A stretch of DNA of 43,408 nt from a virus (lineage: Duplodnaviria > Caudoviricetes), in IMG/VR virus record IMGVR_UViG_3300037420_002072, positions 1 to 43,408 of that record. One strand, given 5' to 3'. Under the pieces are notes generated by a model that did not search any database, was not told where the DNA came from, and worked only from the letters and a program-made list of their open reading frames with translations. Positions within the stretch are counted from its first letter, which is position 1. Each line of letters starts with the position of its first letter. A program made the position numbers and the translations under genes. Below are positions 8,010 through 16,815 of this stretch, piece by piece.

Positions 8010-10193
8010 TTAAAGAACGTCGTCGATTAAAGAGTTGGCTTCGGAGTCGGATTGCTCTGCAGGCTTCTGCGCGGAGGGCGCCAGCGTGACGCTGGACTCA
8101 ATATTTCCGGACGGACCGCGCGGAGCGGCGGTCCCTACCGCTTCCGCTGCGCCGTCGAGCAGATCATTGAGAGCCTGCTTGCCGCCTTTTCTGATGGACG
8201 CGCGGAGTTCTCTGGCCGATTCGATTTCTTCGGATGTGACGGGCTGGCCGTTTACGACCGCGAGATTGTTCCGATGCATGTCGCGATTGGCTTGGGCAAC
8301 GGGCAACGCGCGCGCGACCACGGGAGCCAGGCGGGCGGCTTCTTCTTTGCGGGCTTCGCCGAGCTGGCGATGGACATTGGCAACGTCGGCGCGGCAGGGA
8401 ACGATCTGCCGTTGGAGAGCCCCGACGTAGGCGCCTTTGCCATCGGCGAGAATCAATCGGTCGGGGTTGTGCGGTGAGAGATAAACGAGAAATTTGTCGC
8501 CATTGTTGCAATGCGGTCCGACCGGAAAACGGAGCGGTTCGGAATCGAGTTCCCGGTCTTCGATGGTGATATAGCCTCCGCGCACGTTGCGTTCTTCACC
8601 GAAATCCGGTCCGAGCAACGTGGGCAGCATGCATTCGCCGAGCTTTTGCAATTGGTTTGCATCGCGGTTCCAAACCTCCTGTGGAGAAAGATTGCGTGAA
8701 GCAGAATCAACGAACGGTTTCAACGCCTGGCGCTTGGCCGGCTCCATGGCGAGCCATTGTTCGTTTGAAAGCCAGACCGGTTCGGAGTTTGGCAGGGCGA
8801 GCATGAATTCCTGAACGAAGTGGCGGCATTTCTGCCAGCCTTCCAACTCGTGCTCGGTGCGGTTGTTGATGCGCGCAAAAATGTCGAGGGTGAGGCCGAC
8901 AAAATCGTAATAGTTGAGGACCGGATACTGGAGGAGATCGCGGCGATGCTCGGGCAACAGGCGCGCGAGCTTAAGGAGATTGTTGTTGTAACGTTCGATG
9001 CCGGCGAGCTGTGTGGGGCAATGATCGCGGTCCTTGCCAGTTGGCGCAGGGAGCGCGGCGCCTTCGTTGTGAACCAAATTGAAAAGCGATTCGAGAGCGG
9101 CCTTGAAACGCGGGTTGCCTTTGCTGGCGCCTTCAAACAGGCCGGGCATGTGGATGCTGGAAAGGCCAGCGCGATCCACGGTGACCTTGCCGCCCGTGGC
9201 TTTAAAAATGCGCTCGGCAAAGTCAGGGCGGATGGCGGCGGTTCCATTCTCAACGACCAGCGAGGTGCCGCGATCGTCGCCGCGAAAACCTTTGTTGCAG
9301 AGGATATCGACGACGAGCCAAAGCATGTCGCGCTCCTTCAGCTTTTTCTTGGCGCCTTCCTCGTCGATCAATGTCGGCTTAAAACCGATGCCGACCGCGC
9401 ACGCGCTGTAGAGATCAAGCGCCACGAGACCAAGCGGACGCGTGGCGCGGGTGTTGCCAGGGAAGTTGACCAGGTGATCGTAAACCAAGTCATCGAACAA
9501 ATAGAACTGACCGACGCTTAAGCCGGCGCGCGTGGTAAAGACTTTGCGCCTATGTTCGGACGCGCGCTCGCGGCCGAGGCGAGCGACGGCCAGCTCAAAT
9601 TTCTTCGGCGCGCAGCGATTGAGATTGGCCACGCTCCAACCTTTGGGGTAACCGTTCAGGCCATCGGCCTCCGGCCACGTGTCGTAACCGGGAAGTCTTT
9701 TGTAATGAATTTTTTTGCCGGTAACCGGGCAGAGACCGTAATGAGTGCGCCAGATTTCAAGCAGGGCGCGGCGGGCTGGCGCTGTTGCGCGCTGGTTGCG
9801 TTCACAGAGCGCTTTCCAGAATTCCAAGAACTCCTTAGGCAAGCCGGATTGTTCATCGCTATTCCAGAAAGCGGGGCCAGCCTGGGCTTTATCCAAAACG
9901 TCGCGCCAATCGCGGGTGTCGACATAGCGATAATATTTGCGGAGCAACGACTCGGCGCTCATGCCGCGCTCGTTCGGGCGTTCGAAAGCGATGGCGCGGG
10001 CTTCGGCGCGTTTACTGCGCGCCTCATGGATGCGCTGCAGAAGGGTCAGAACCGTCAAGGCGTTGTCGCGGACTTTGTCAGGAAGGCGCGCGAACAGTTC
10101 TTCGTCGGCTTTGGGAACCGCGAAAAAAATCAATGAGTCAGTGGGTGAATGAGTCAGTGAGTTTTCTTCGGTGGTCGTGAGATCGCTGATCAT
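8010..10193 (-). CDS. Mu-type DDE transposase (MuA-like)
   Basis: YLFDDLVYD, VVENGTAA, GNPRFKAALESLFN, INNRTEH and SPQEVW motifs; 727 aa next to the MuB-like gene. Confidence 0.88.
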   Translation of the reverse strand: MISDLTTTEENSLTHSPTDSLIFFAVPKADEELFARLPDKVRDNALTVLTLLQRIHEARSKRAEARAIAFERPNERGMSAESLLRKYYRYVDTRDWRDVLDKAQAGPAFWNSDEQSGLPKEFLEFWKALCERNQRATAPARRALLEIWRTHYGLCPVTGKKIHYKRLPGYDTWPEADGLNGYPKGWSVANLNRCAPKKFELAVARLGRERASEHRRKVFTTRAGLSVGQFYLFDDLVYDHLVNFPGNTRATRPLGLVALDLYSACAVGIGFKPTLIDEEGAKKKLKERDMLWLVVDILCNKGFRGDDRGTSLVVENGTAAIRPDFAERIFKATGGKVTVDRAGLSSIHMPGLFEGASKGNPRFKAALESLFNLVHNEGAALPAPTGKDRDHCPTQLAGIERYNNNLLKLARLLPEHRRDLLQYPVLNYYDFVGLTLDIFARINNRTEHELEGWQKCRHFVQEFMLALPNSEPVWLSNEQWLAMEPAKRQALKPFVDSASRNLSPQEVWNRDANQLQKLGECMLPTLLGPDFGEERNVRGGYITIEDRELDSEPLRFPVGPHCNNGDKFLVYLSPHNPDRLILADGKGAYVGALQRQIVPCRADVANVHRQLGEARKEEAARLAPVVARALPVAQANRDMHRNNLAVVNGQPVTSEEIESARELRASIRKGGKQALNDLLDGAAEAVGTAAPRGPSGNIESSVTLAPSAQKPAEQSDSEANSLIDDVL
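8112..8139 (-). repeat. REP-like family 1 copy in the transposase C-terminus
   Basis: CGGACCGCGCGGAGCGGCGGTCCCTACC. Confidence 0.85.
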
Positions 10194-10510
10194 AACTTTC
10201 CTTTCTTGAAAGCGGACCGCGCGGAGCGACGGTCCCTACCTTTTTGCACACGCGAGTTGGGAATGGTGAGATCGACGGCGGCGCGTTCACAGAGCGCGGC
10301 GATGTGGATAAGCGCGTCGAGATTTGTTGAGGGGTTGTCGTAGCAAGCGGCGATCGTCTTCGCGTTTTGGATGTAAACGATCGCGTGACGCATGCTTGGA
10401 AGCGGTGCCATTGAGTCAGCGCGTTCGGCGACGAGGCGGCGGAAAAAGTCGGCGTCGGTGAAATGGGAGTTATGGGAGCAATGGGACTGATGGGACTGAT
10501 GGGCTTTCAT
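10190..10510 (-). CDS. Hypothetical protein, paralog A of a tandem duplication
   Basis: N- and C-termini nearly identical to 10507-10854. Confidence 0.65.
   Translation of the reverse strand: MKAHQSHQSHCSHNSHFTDADFFRRLVAERADSMAPLPSMRHAIVYIQNAKTIAACYDNPSTNLDALIHIAALCERAAVDLTIPNSRVQKGRDRRSARSAFKKGKL
10211..10248 (-). repeat. REP-like family 1 copy
   Basis: Identical to 3547-3584. Confidence 0.85.
10462..10506. repeat. 9-bp tandem repeat array NATGGGACN (also 4711-4764, 10807-10851, 18353-18392)
   Basis: AATGGGAGT TATGGGAGC AATGGGACT GATGGGACT GATGGGCTT. Confidence 0.8.
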
Positions 10511-10854
10511 TTCTTCGAGCCTTTCGTCGAAGCGGACCGCGCGGAGCGACGGTCCCTACCAGCACGTGAATTTGGAATTGTTAAATCGACGGCGGCGCGT
10601 TCGCAGAGGGCGGCGATTTCGATTAGGATTTCGGTTTGGTCGGCCCAAAAGGAATGGACTTCGGCCGGGTTGATGGAAACGAAGCCCAAAGAGATTTCAG
10701 CAACCATTGAGGAAAGCGCTGATTTAATTTGAAAGGGTGAACGGTCGCGTAATTTGCTGTTGGCGCGGTCGGCGACGAGGCGGCGGAAGAAATCGGCGCC
10801 GGTGAAATGGGAGTTATGGGAGCAACGGGACTGATGGGACTGATGGGCTTTCAT
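10507..10854 (-). CDS. Hypothetical protein, paralog B of a tandem duplication
   Basis: MKAHQSHQS..SHNSHFT.ADFFRRLVA and IAALCERAAVDLTIPNSR shared with paralog A. Confidence 0.65.
   Translation of the reverse strand: MKAHQSHQSRCSHNSHFTGADFFRRLVADRANSKLRDRSPFQIKSALSSMVAEISLGFVSINPAEVHSFWADQTEILIEIAALCERAAVDLTIPNSRAGRDRRSARSASTKGSKK
10531..10560 (-). repeat. REP-like family 1 copy
   Basis: AGCGGACCGCGCGGAGCGACGGTCCCTACC. Confidence 0.85.
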
Positions 10855-11597
10855 TTCTTCGAGCCTTTCTTGTTCGCGCCAAGCGGAAGCTTGGCGGTCC
10901 TTGTTTTTTGGCGGCGGGACTTCATGAGCTGTCGGATGTGGGAACTGGTGGCGACCAGTTCATCGAGCAGCATGGAGAGGTCGGAGGCATCACAATCCTT
11001 TTGGATTTGCGCGGTGGTTCGCCAGGCGCGGGCGTCATTGGCGAGGCGGTGAGTGACGGCGACGTTCAGCTGCTTCTGCTCTTCTGCGGTGGGAGATGAT
11101 TTGCGGGAATTGTCGCGGTCCTTTTGATGGACTTTGTCGGCGATCAGGCCGTATTCGCGGAGCAGCTCCTTGTAAGCCTGGCCGTTGGTGACCTCGCGCA
11201 CCGCATCAGCGAAGGGTTTGATTTCCTTTTCGGAAAGTTCGCCGCTGGTGATTTGGAGTTGTTTGAAATTGAAGCTCGGCAGTTCCGATAGTTTGGGAAT
11301 GAGGGCTTCGGCCAGACCGATGAAATAATTGGCAGAGCGGTAGGACATCCCATCGGGCAAATGTTTATCGCACCATTTGAGCCATTCGCCGTGCGCGATT
11401 TGCTCGCGGATGCCGATGAGTTCGATGCCGGCCAGAACGTTGTAAACGACGAGCTGCGCGGCGGCGCGGCGTCCGCTGTGGTAATAAGCGCCGACGCGTT
11501 CGGCGCGTTCGTCGATCGAATTGGCGGGCGGGAGATACTCGGTCGGAATGACAGCCGGGACTTGCTGTTTTGGTTCAATTTTTGAGAGGGCGGCCAT
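10851..11597 (-). CDS. DUF3102-like phage protein
   Basis: AGIELIGIREQIAHGEWLKWCDKHL..MSYRSANYFI motif, common upstream of Mu-like transposases. Confidence 0.75.
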   Translation of the reverse strand: MAALSKIEPKQQVPAVIPTEYLPPANSIDERAERVGAYYHSGRRAAAQLVVYNVLAGIELIGIREQIAHGEWLKWCDKHLPDGMSYRSANYFIGLAEALIPKLSELPSFNFKQLQITSGELSEKEIKPFADAVREVTNGQAYKELLREYGLIADKVHQKDRDNSRKSSPTAEEQKQLNVAVTHRLANDARAWRTTAQIQKDCDASDLSMLLDELVATSSHIRQLMKSRRQKTRTAKLPLGANKKGSKK

Positions 11598-11599
11598 GG

Positions 11600-11932
11600 C
11601 TAGTTTTGTTCGGTTGCAGGTTGGGATTGAGTTTGATCCGCGCCGTCAGCGAGGGGGTGAGCCTCGTCGGTGTGACTTTGAGAAGCTTCGGGCGCGGAAA
11701 TATTTTCGGATGGCCCAGTGATGGCAGCCGGCCCTACCTGGGAGCGGGCGCCGTCGAGGATGTCGGCCGCAGTGCGCAAGTGATAGCCAGCCAGGAAAAG
11801 TTTGCTGCGGCCGTCCAGGGCGTGGATGGAGGCGAGATCGGTAAAGCGGTCCAGAGCGGCGCGCGCCTCAGTAACGAGGCTGAGCGTCGAAGCGAGTTCG
11901 AGCGACATCTGGATTCGATCGCGTGTGGTCAT
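11600..11932 (-). CDS. Hypothetical protein
   Basis: Start MTTRDRIQ overlaps the upstream stop. Confidence 0.6.
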   Translation of the reverse strand: MTTRDRIQMSLELASTLSLVTEARAALDRFTDLASIHALDGRSKLFLAGYHLRTAADILDGARSQVGPAAITGPSENISAPEASQSHTDEAHPLADGADQTQSQPATEQN

Positions 11933-12618
11933 AGTTCGATATTGTTTTGGCGGGCGAGACGACGAGTAACGAAAGCAGCCAGTGACGAGCGCGAGACGCG
12001 GAGGTGCAATAATTCCGAGCGGCCGACATCGGCGCCGGAAATCAAGCCGTGCTGGTAGAGGTTGCGGATGTGATCGCCGTCGCAACGCACAGCCTGGGCG
12101 GCTTCAATGACATTCAGAGCGGAGCGCGCGCCGATGCGAAGGCTCGGCAGCCAACCGCCGATGTCGGGATTGAACGGAGCAAAGAGCCAATCATTCACCG
12201 TGCGGATCGTTTCGTTGGCGAGTTGCGTCCGTTGCGCAGCGGTCAGGAAAGTGAAAGCCTGGGCGGCCGTTTTGCGGACGATGCGATAAATGGCGCGCTT
12301 TCGGACCTGGCCGGCCGGGCTTCCTTCGCCTTCAGCGAGATTGATTGGAAAGGCGAGCAACTTGCCGTCGTCGATGAAGTTGCGAATCTGCTGGTCGGAA
12401 CATTTCAGTTCGGTGGCAGCTTCCTTGACGGTGAGCAGAGGAAAGTTGTGGAGGACGCCGGCGAAGTCGATGTCGAGCGGAAGTTCCATGGCTTCAGCAA
12501 CGCCGATGCGCGGGGGCTGCAAGCGGGAGTCTTTGCCGGCTGGCGAATTGATGGCGCGCATCAGCGAAGCCGGAGGCAGCTTGTTGTGAAACGGCGCAGT
12601 TGTCGGTGCGGCGGTCAT
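11929..12618 (-). CDS. Protein with two excisionase/MerR-type HTH domains
   Basis: LLTVKEAATELKCSDQQIRNFIDDGKL and LNVIEAAQAVRCDGDHIRNLYQHGLI...RVSRSSLAAF. Confidence 0.8.
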   Translation of the reverse strand: MTAAPTTAPFHNKLPPASLMRAINSPAGKDSRLQPPRIGVAEAMELPLDIDFAGVLHNFPLLTVKEAATELKCSDQQIRNFIDDGKLLAFPINLAEGEGSPAGQVRKRAIYRIVRKTAAQAFTFLTAAQRTQLANETIRTVNDWLFAPFNPDIGGWLPSLRIGARSALNVIEAAQAVRCDGDHIRNLYQHGLISGADVGRSELLHLRVSRSSLAAFVTRRLARQNNIEL

Positions 12619-12878
12619 GAAAGCGGAGATTGAGCCGGGCCGTTGCCGTCCGGTTTAAAGATGGGGGTCGCGAGTTTCGGGAAATCCATCGCGAGTTGAA
12701 GCTGGTGCTCCTCGTGAGCGATGAGCCAATGGAGCATCTCGCCGACGCTGACGCGCAACGGATGATCGGCGGGCAACAATTCGAGCGCGGCAGTGAGCAG
12801 CTTTTTGCGCTCGGAAAGCGAATCGGGCAAAGAGCCAATCGCGTGGCCGAGAACAAGATTGAGGGCGGCGGAATTCAT
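12615..12878 (-). CDS. Hypothetical protein
   Basis: Start MNSAALNL overlaps the Ner-like stop. Confidence 0.6.
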   Translation of the reverse strand: MNSAALNLVLGHAIGSLPDSLSERKKLLTAALELLPADHPLRVSVGEMLHWLIAHEEHQLQLAMDFPKLATPIFKPDGNGPAQSPLS

Positions 12879-13075
12879 AGCAGGACGTTCTTGATCAGAT
12901 TGAAAGTGACTGGGAGGCGGCGCGGGTTCTCGACTGCGAAATAGACCGCCTGGCGCGAGCGATTGATCTTGCGGGCAAGGCCGGCAACCGAGAGGCCGCG
13001 AGAGCGACAAAGGAACAGGAGATTCCGGGCGTTAATCTCGGTTTGGCTTTTTTTCTTGTGCTTTTCAGCGGTCAT
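12875..13075 (-). CDS. Ner/Cro-like HTH regulator
   Basis: RGLSVAGLARKINRSRQAVYFA HTH; divergent from the CI-like gene. Confidence 0.75.
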   Translation of the reverse strand: MTAEKHKKKSQTEINARNLLFLCRSRGLSVAGLARKINRSRQAVYFAVENPRRLPVTFNLIKNVLL

Positions 13076-13169
13076 CGCTAGTTGTCACCTGTAAATTTAC
13101 AGTTTCAATTTTTAGGAAACTGAAAAATCGGGCGATCGTCAAGGGGATATTTTCAGAAATTTTAAATTT
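13076..13169. promoter_or_regulatory. Divergent immunity control region with operators
   Basis: AT-rich; perfect palindrome CTGTAAATTTACAG (13089-13102); CAGTTTC-N9-GAAACTG (13100-13122). Confidence 0.75.
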
Positions 13170-13859
13170 GTGCCGACCGTGAATTTAAACACGCGCTTCA
13201 AAGCGCTGCTGGCTCAGGCAGAGAAAAAATGGGGCTGGGGCGTGCAGACAAAAATCGCCAAGGCGATGGATACAACGTCGGCCAGCGTCAGCTCGTGGAA
13301 GAAGAGTGGCTATACTGGAACTGCGCCGCAATTGGACGCGCTTTCCCGTGAATTAGGCAATGACCAGTACTCCCAAACCCAGCCGCGCGAAGAGAGTGGC
13401 CGTTTAAAAGCAGCGTGGCGCGAGGCTCTCGATCATTTCACCGCGCCAATTATTGCCTATGCACAAGGGGGCGAGGGGGCATATCCGGAAGATCTCGGAC
13501 ATGCAGTGCCGAGGATCGCGGTGCCTTGCAAAGACCCGAATTGTTATGTCCTCGAACTGGAAGGGAACAGCATGGAGCCTGTTTACCTGGAAGGCGATCT
13601 GCTGGTCGTGGCGCCGAACATGGAACCGATGAATAACGACCTAGTGATCGTCAAAACCGTGGAGGAAGAGGTGTTTTTTAAAAAACTGAAAAAACCAGCT
13701 CGCGGGGAGATTTTCCAGTTCCATTCATTTAACCCGCACCATCCGCCGCTGCATCTCACGCCGGAACAGATTTATCGAGTGAGCGTAGTGCATAGTGTAA
13801 TCCGTCCGCTGAAGGAGCGGGTGCGGGCCATGGCGGTGAGCGAGAGCGCGCACTTGTGA
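13170..13859 (+). CDS. CI-like repressor (HTH plus S24 autopeptidase)
   Basis: QTKIAKAMDTTSASVSSW HTH; AQGG cleavage-site region; EGNSMEP (Ser) and FFKKL (Lys). Confidence 0.9.
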   Translation: MPTVNLNTRFKALLAQAEKKWGWGVQTKIAKAMDTTSASVSSWKKSGYTGTAPQLDALSRELGNDQYSQTQPREESGRLKAAWREALDHFTAPIIAYAQGGEGAYPEDLGHAVPRIAVPCKDPNCYVLELEGNSMEPVYLEGDLLVVAPNMEPMNNDLVIVKTVEEEVFFKKLKKPARGEIFQFHSFNPHHPPLHLTPEQIYRVSVVHSVIRPLKERVRAMAVSESAHL

Positions 13860-13862
13860 TTT

Positions 13863-14057
13863 ATGAAACTGAACGAACTGATCGCGGACCTGCAAAATAT
13901 TCAACTGACCCACGCGCGCGATATGGAAGTGACGATCGTCGGAAGAAATCCGCAACTGGAAGCACCAATTGTGAAAGCCAACACGCGTCGGGGGCCGTGC
14001 GCGTTGAGCGCGTCGTCCTGCAACTGGACCAACGATTTGATTTGGAGCCACCGGTGA
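13863..14057 (+). CDS. Hypothetical protein
   Basis: MKLNELIADLQ start, 3 bp after CI. Confidence 0.55.
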   Translation: MKLNELIADLQNIQLTHARDMEVTIVGRNPQLEAPIVKANTRRGPCALSASSCNWTNDLIWSHR

Positions 14058-14078
14058 AAAAGATGAACGAGGTGTAAA

Positions 14079-14780
14079 ATGATCCTCAAAAAAGAATGCG
14101 CGTGCGGGCAGAACCTGGAGTTTGAGCAGGAAGATGCGCCGTATATTAATTGTCCCTCCTGCGGCCGCCTGGTGAGCGATTTGTTTGATCCGGCGACGGC
14201 GGCGGCTCTGCCGAGGCCACTCACAGAAAACGCGCGATACGCAAATGTGGCCGGCAACGCCAAGGAGAAAGAAGCGAATGCCAAAGGACCGGCAAGTCCA
14301 CCGCCGATGCCACGAGCCAAGGGACTATTTGTCATCGTGGGCGATGAAACGAAAGGGCCATATTCGCTGAAGCAGGTCAAAGCCATGTATGAGAGCGGCC
14401 AGTTAACCATGGACACGCAATGCTGCCGCGAAGGGGACGAGAAGTGGCGGCCGTTGGTGGAATTGGAAAACGAAATTTTCCAAAGTGACCGCAGGCAGAC
14501 GCCGCCTCTTATCCCAACGACGAACGTGAACGTTACGATGCCGCCGCCCCAAATGGTTCGCGTCGCCAAGGCGCGATGGGTTTACATCGTGCTCGGATTA
14601 TTTCTGGGGCTATTGGGCGTCCACAATTTTTATGCGGGCTACAACAATCGCGGAGCGGGGCAACTCGTGCTGACGCTTTTGACGGGCTGGTTGATTCTGC
14701 CACTTTTTTTTATCGCCCTCTGGGTATTGCTGGAAATTGCGTCGGTGAATCAGGACGCGAACGGTGTGCCGTTCGTTTGA
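14079..14780 (+). CDS. Zn-ribbon + GYF_2 (DUF4339) + TM2 membrane protein
   Basis: CACG...CPSCG; KGPYSLKQVKAMYESGQL...W.PL; YIVLGLFLGLLGVHNFYAG. Confidence 0.85.
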   Translation: MILKKECACGQNLEFEQEDAPYINCPSCGRLVSDLFDPATAAALPRPLTENARYANVAGNAKEKEANAKGPASPPPMPRAKGLFVIVGDETKGPYSLKQVKAMYESGQLTMDTQCCREGDEKWRPLVELENEIFQSDRRQTPPLIPTTNVNVTMPPPQMVRVAKARWVYIVLGLFLGLLGVHNFYAGYNNRGAGQLVLTLLTGWLILPLFFIALWVLLEIASVNQDANGVPFV

Positions 14781-14787
14781 TCGTTAA

Positions 14788-15135
14788 ATGAAAGGCACGC
14801 GCTACATCGGATTGCTTCTGACGCTCACGATCGCCGGCTTCGGCGCGACGATGTTTTTGGCGATGCGTGGCAGCGATGCCAATGCCGGAAGCGAGCCGAG
14901 GATCACGGCCGGGCCGGATTGGCGAAAGATGAAACCGATCGCGCTGATTTACAATTCAGGGACGGGCGAGCTTTCGGCTGAAGTCTACGCTGTGGAGAAG
15001 GCGCATCATTTCCCGAACGGGAAAACTGAGGAAGGTTGGTTTGTGCGGCCGATTGATGTGCCAAATGCCACGCCAATTTGGACGGTGAAGCCCCACAAGG
15101 CGAAAGTGATGTTTCAACATGCCAATCAAAATTAA
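14788..15135 (+). CDS. Exported or membrane-anchored hypothetical protein
   Basis: N-terminal hydrophobic segment YIGLLLTLTIAGFGATMFLAM. Confidence 0.65.
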   Translation: MKGTRYIGLLLTLTIAGFGATMFLAMRGSDANAGSEPRITAGPDWRKMKPIALIYNSGTGELSAEVYAVEKAHHFPNGKTEEGWFVRPIDVPNATPIWTVKPHKAKVMFQHANQN

Positions 15136-15538
15136 ACGTGGACGCCGCTTCTTGGGAGAAGCCTATGTCGCGGTTAGTTTACGCATCGCGTCAGACAAGG
15201 CCCCGCCGGGGAACTTCATTGCGACTTCGATACTGGCAAGACTGTTCGAGGTTCGTTTGCGCGAAGCCAGTCTTTACGCATTGGTGCGGGGAATCGGTGA
15301 GTTTAATTGTTCATGCTATGATCTCGTGATGAATGACGATTTCGTCGTCAATGCTGTTGGCATGTTGGAAACAATTGTTCAGGAGGAAGTCGCGTTTGCG
15401 GCATTTCGCATTGAGGAAGTAGACGAGCAATGGAATTTGAAATCGGTTTTCGCAGAGAGTGGCGGACCGTGGGATGAACCGCATCAACGAATTCAAGCGG
15501 CGGTGATCACCACGGGAGCAGACGGCGACGTATTTTGA
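15119..15538 (+). CDS. Hypothetical protein
   Basis: 139-aa ORF continuing the cassette; lower GC. Confidence 0.55.
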   Translation: MPIKIKRGRRFLGEAYVAVSLRIASDKAPPGNFIATSILARLFEVRLREASLYALVRGIGEFNCSCYDLVMNDDFVVNAVGMLETIVQEEVAFAAFRIEEVDEQWNLKSVFAESGGPWDEPHQRIQAAVITTGADGDVF

Positions 15539-15637
15539 AAAGTGTGATGAAGATTTAACAAACAAACAAAGCACGAGGGCCGGAGCGTTGGAGCGCCCCG
15601 ACCCAAGTGGATCAACTCATAGGACGGTTAATCACGT

Positions 15638-15865
15638 ATGAGCGACCCGGCAAAAAGAATGCCGATGCCCGCGAGTTTCGGGCAATTCAAAACGCTGTTC
15701 GTCAGCGGCGGATTGAAAGCGGCGATATTGGTGACGAGCGTCAACGGCCGGCAACGGCAGCGATCGCGCGAGTTCAAAGACGCGCACGCGGCGCTGGATT
15801 GGTGTGTTGAGAACGGCGCGATGATGGTGTTCACGCCGCCCTCCACCCGGACGGGGCACAATTGA
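15638..15865 (+). CDS. Hypothetical protein
   Basis: Preceded by a hairpin (~15577-15604); tight spacing to the next gene. Confidence 0.55.
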   Translation: MSDPAKRMPMPASFGQFKTLFVSGGLKAAILVTSVNGRQRQRSREFKDAHAALDWCVENGAMMVFTPPSTRTGHN

Positions 15866-15866
15866 T

Positions 15867-16805
15867 ATGCATACAGTAAGTCTTGGGCGGCTGCACGACC
15901 ACATTGCATTGGCGCCAGGCTCGGTGCCAGCCACCCGTGTGGGACTACACATCACGTTAAGCAGCCTAAGGCATACGATCGCATCGATCATTTCCTACGA
16001 TGACAGTTACATTAGGGATGATGCGGTGGAACTACTGGACATCACGGCCCGTGACCTCGCAACGCTCCTGGATGTGTTGTTACAAACCGTAAACAACCCG
16101 CCAGACGAAAATAAAATGGTCCAGCTTGAACAAGCGATTCATCAACTAACGAACACGTTGGCACTGGATTTTCAAAACGCCGTTGCGGGTGCGAAAAACA
16201 CTGAGGCGCGCGAAAAGTTGCAAGCCGCTGAGCGTGAGAAAGCCGACCTTCAAAAGACTGTCCAGACCATCACTACCGAAGCCGCGCAGGATGCGGTGCG
16301 AATTCACGCGGAAAAATTCGAACAATTCCGAGTCGAAAATGCACTGCATGCGGAGTTTTGGGCGAACAGGCTTATAGCGATCGCCGGCCTCGCAGTGGTG
16401 CTTGTCATGGCGGAAACGCATTTTCTGTCCGACAAAGCAGACCCGACGACGACGACGATCATGCTCCTGCACGAAGTCACGCCGCGCGCGTTGATTGTAT
16501 CCATTTGCTTCTTCGCGTTGGTGTTTGCCGCGCGGAACTATTCCGCCGCGCGACATAATCAAATGGTGAATGGGCGAAGAGCGGCTGCGCTCGACAGCTT
16601 CGATTCGTTTTTCAAAGCGACCGCGAGCGAAAAGGAGTTGCAGATGGAAGTCCTGAAACAAGTGACAGCGGCGATCTTTTCGGATCAAACGACAGGCTAC
16701 CTGATCGAAAAACCGGTCGACAAACAAATCGATTCAACCGCTCTAAAGACAATTAAAGACGCTGCCGAACTCGCGATTAAGAACGCGAAGGGGACATCGC
16801 ATTGA
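15867..16805 (+). CDS. Coiled-coil, two-TM membrane protein
   Basis: Coiled coil, two hydrophobic helices, then RNYSAARHN..NGRRAAALDSF. Confidence 0.7.
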   Translation: MHTVSLGRLHDHIALAPGSVPATRVGLHITLSSLRHTIASIISYDDSYIRDDAVELLDITARDLATLLDVLLQTVNNPPDENKMVQLEQAIHQLTNTLALDFQNAVAGAKNTEAREKLQAAEREKADLQKTVQTITTEAAQDAVRIHAEKFEQFRVENALHAEFWANRLIAIAGLAVVLVMAETHFLSDKADPTTTTIMLLHEVTPRALIVSICFFALVFAARNYSAARHNQMVNGRRAAALDSFDSFFKATASEKELQMEVLKQVTAAIFSDQTTGYLIEKPVDKQIDSTALKTIKDAAELAIKNAKGTSH

Positions 16806-16815
16806 TGAGGAAACT

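Noticed and set aside
10303-10311. Perfect DnaA box TGTGGATAA
   Set aside because: Single copy inside a CDS, no cluster or AT-rich unwinding element; compatible with chance
10462-10851. Repeats considered as a CRISPR array or DGR template/variable pair
   Set aside because: No regular repeat-spacer periodicity, no cas or reverse transcriptase gene, and differences are not adenine-specific
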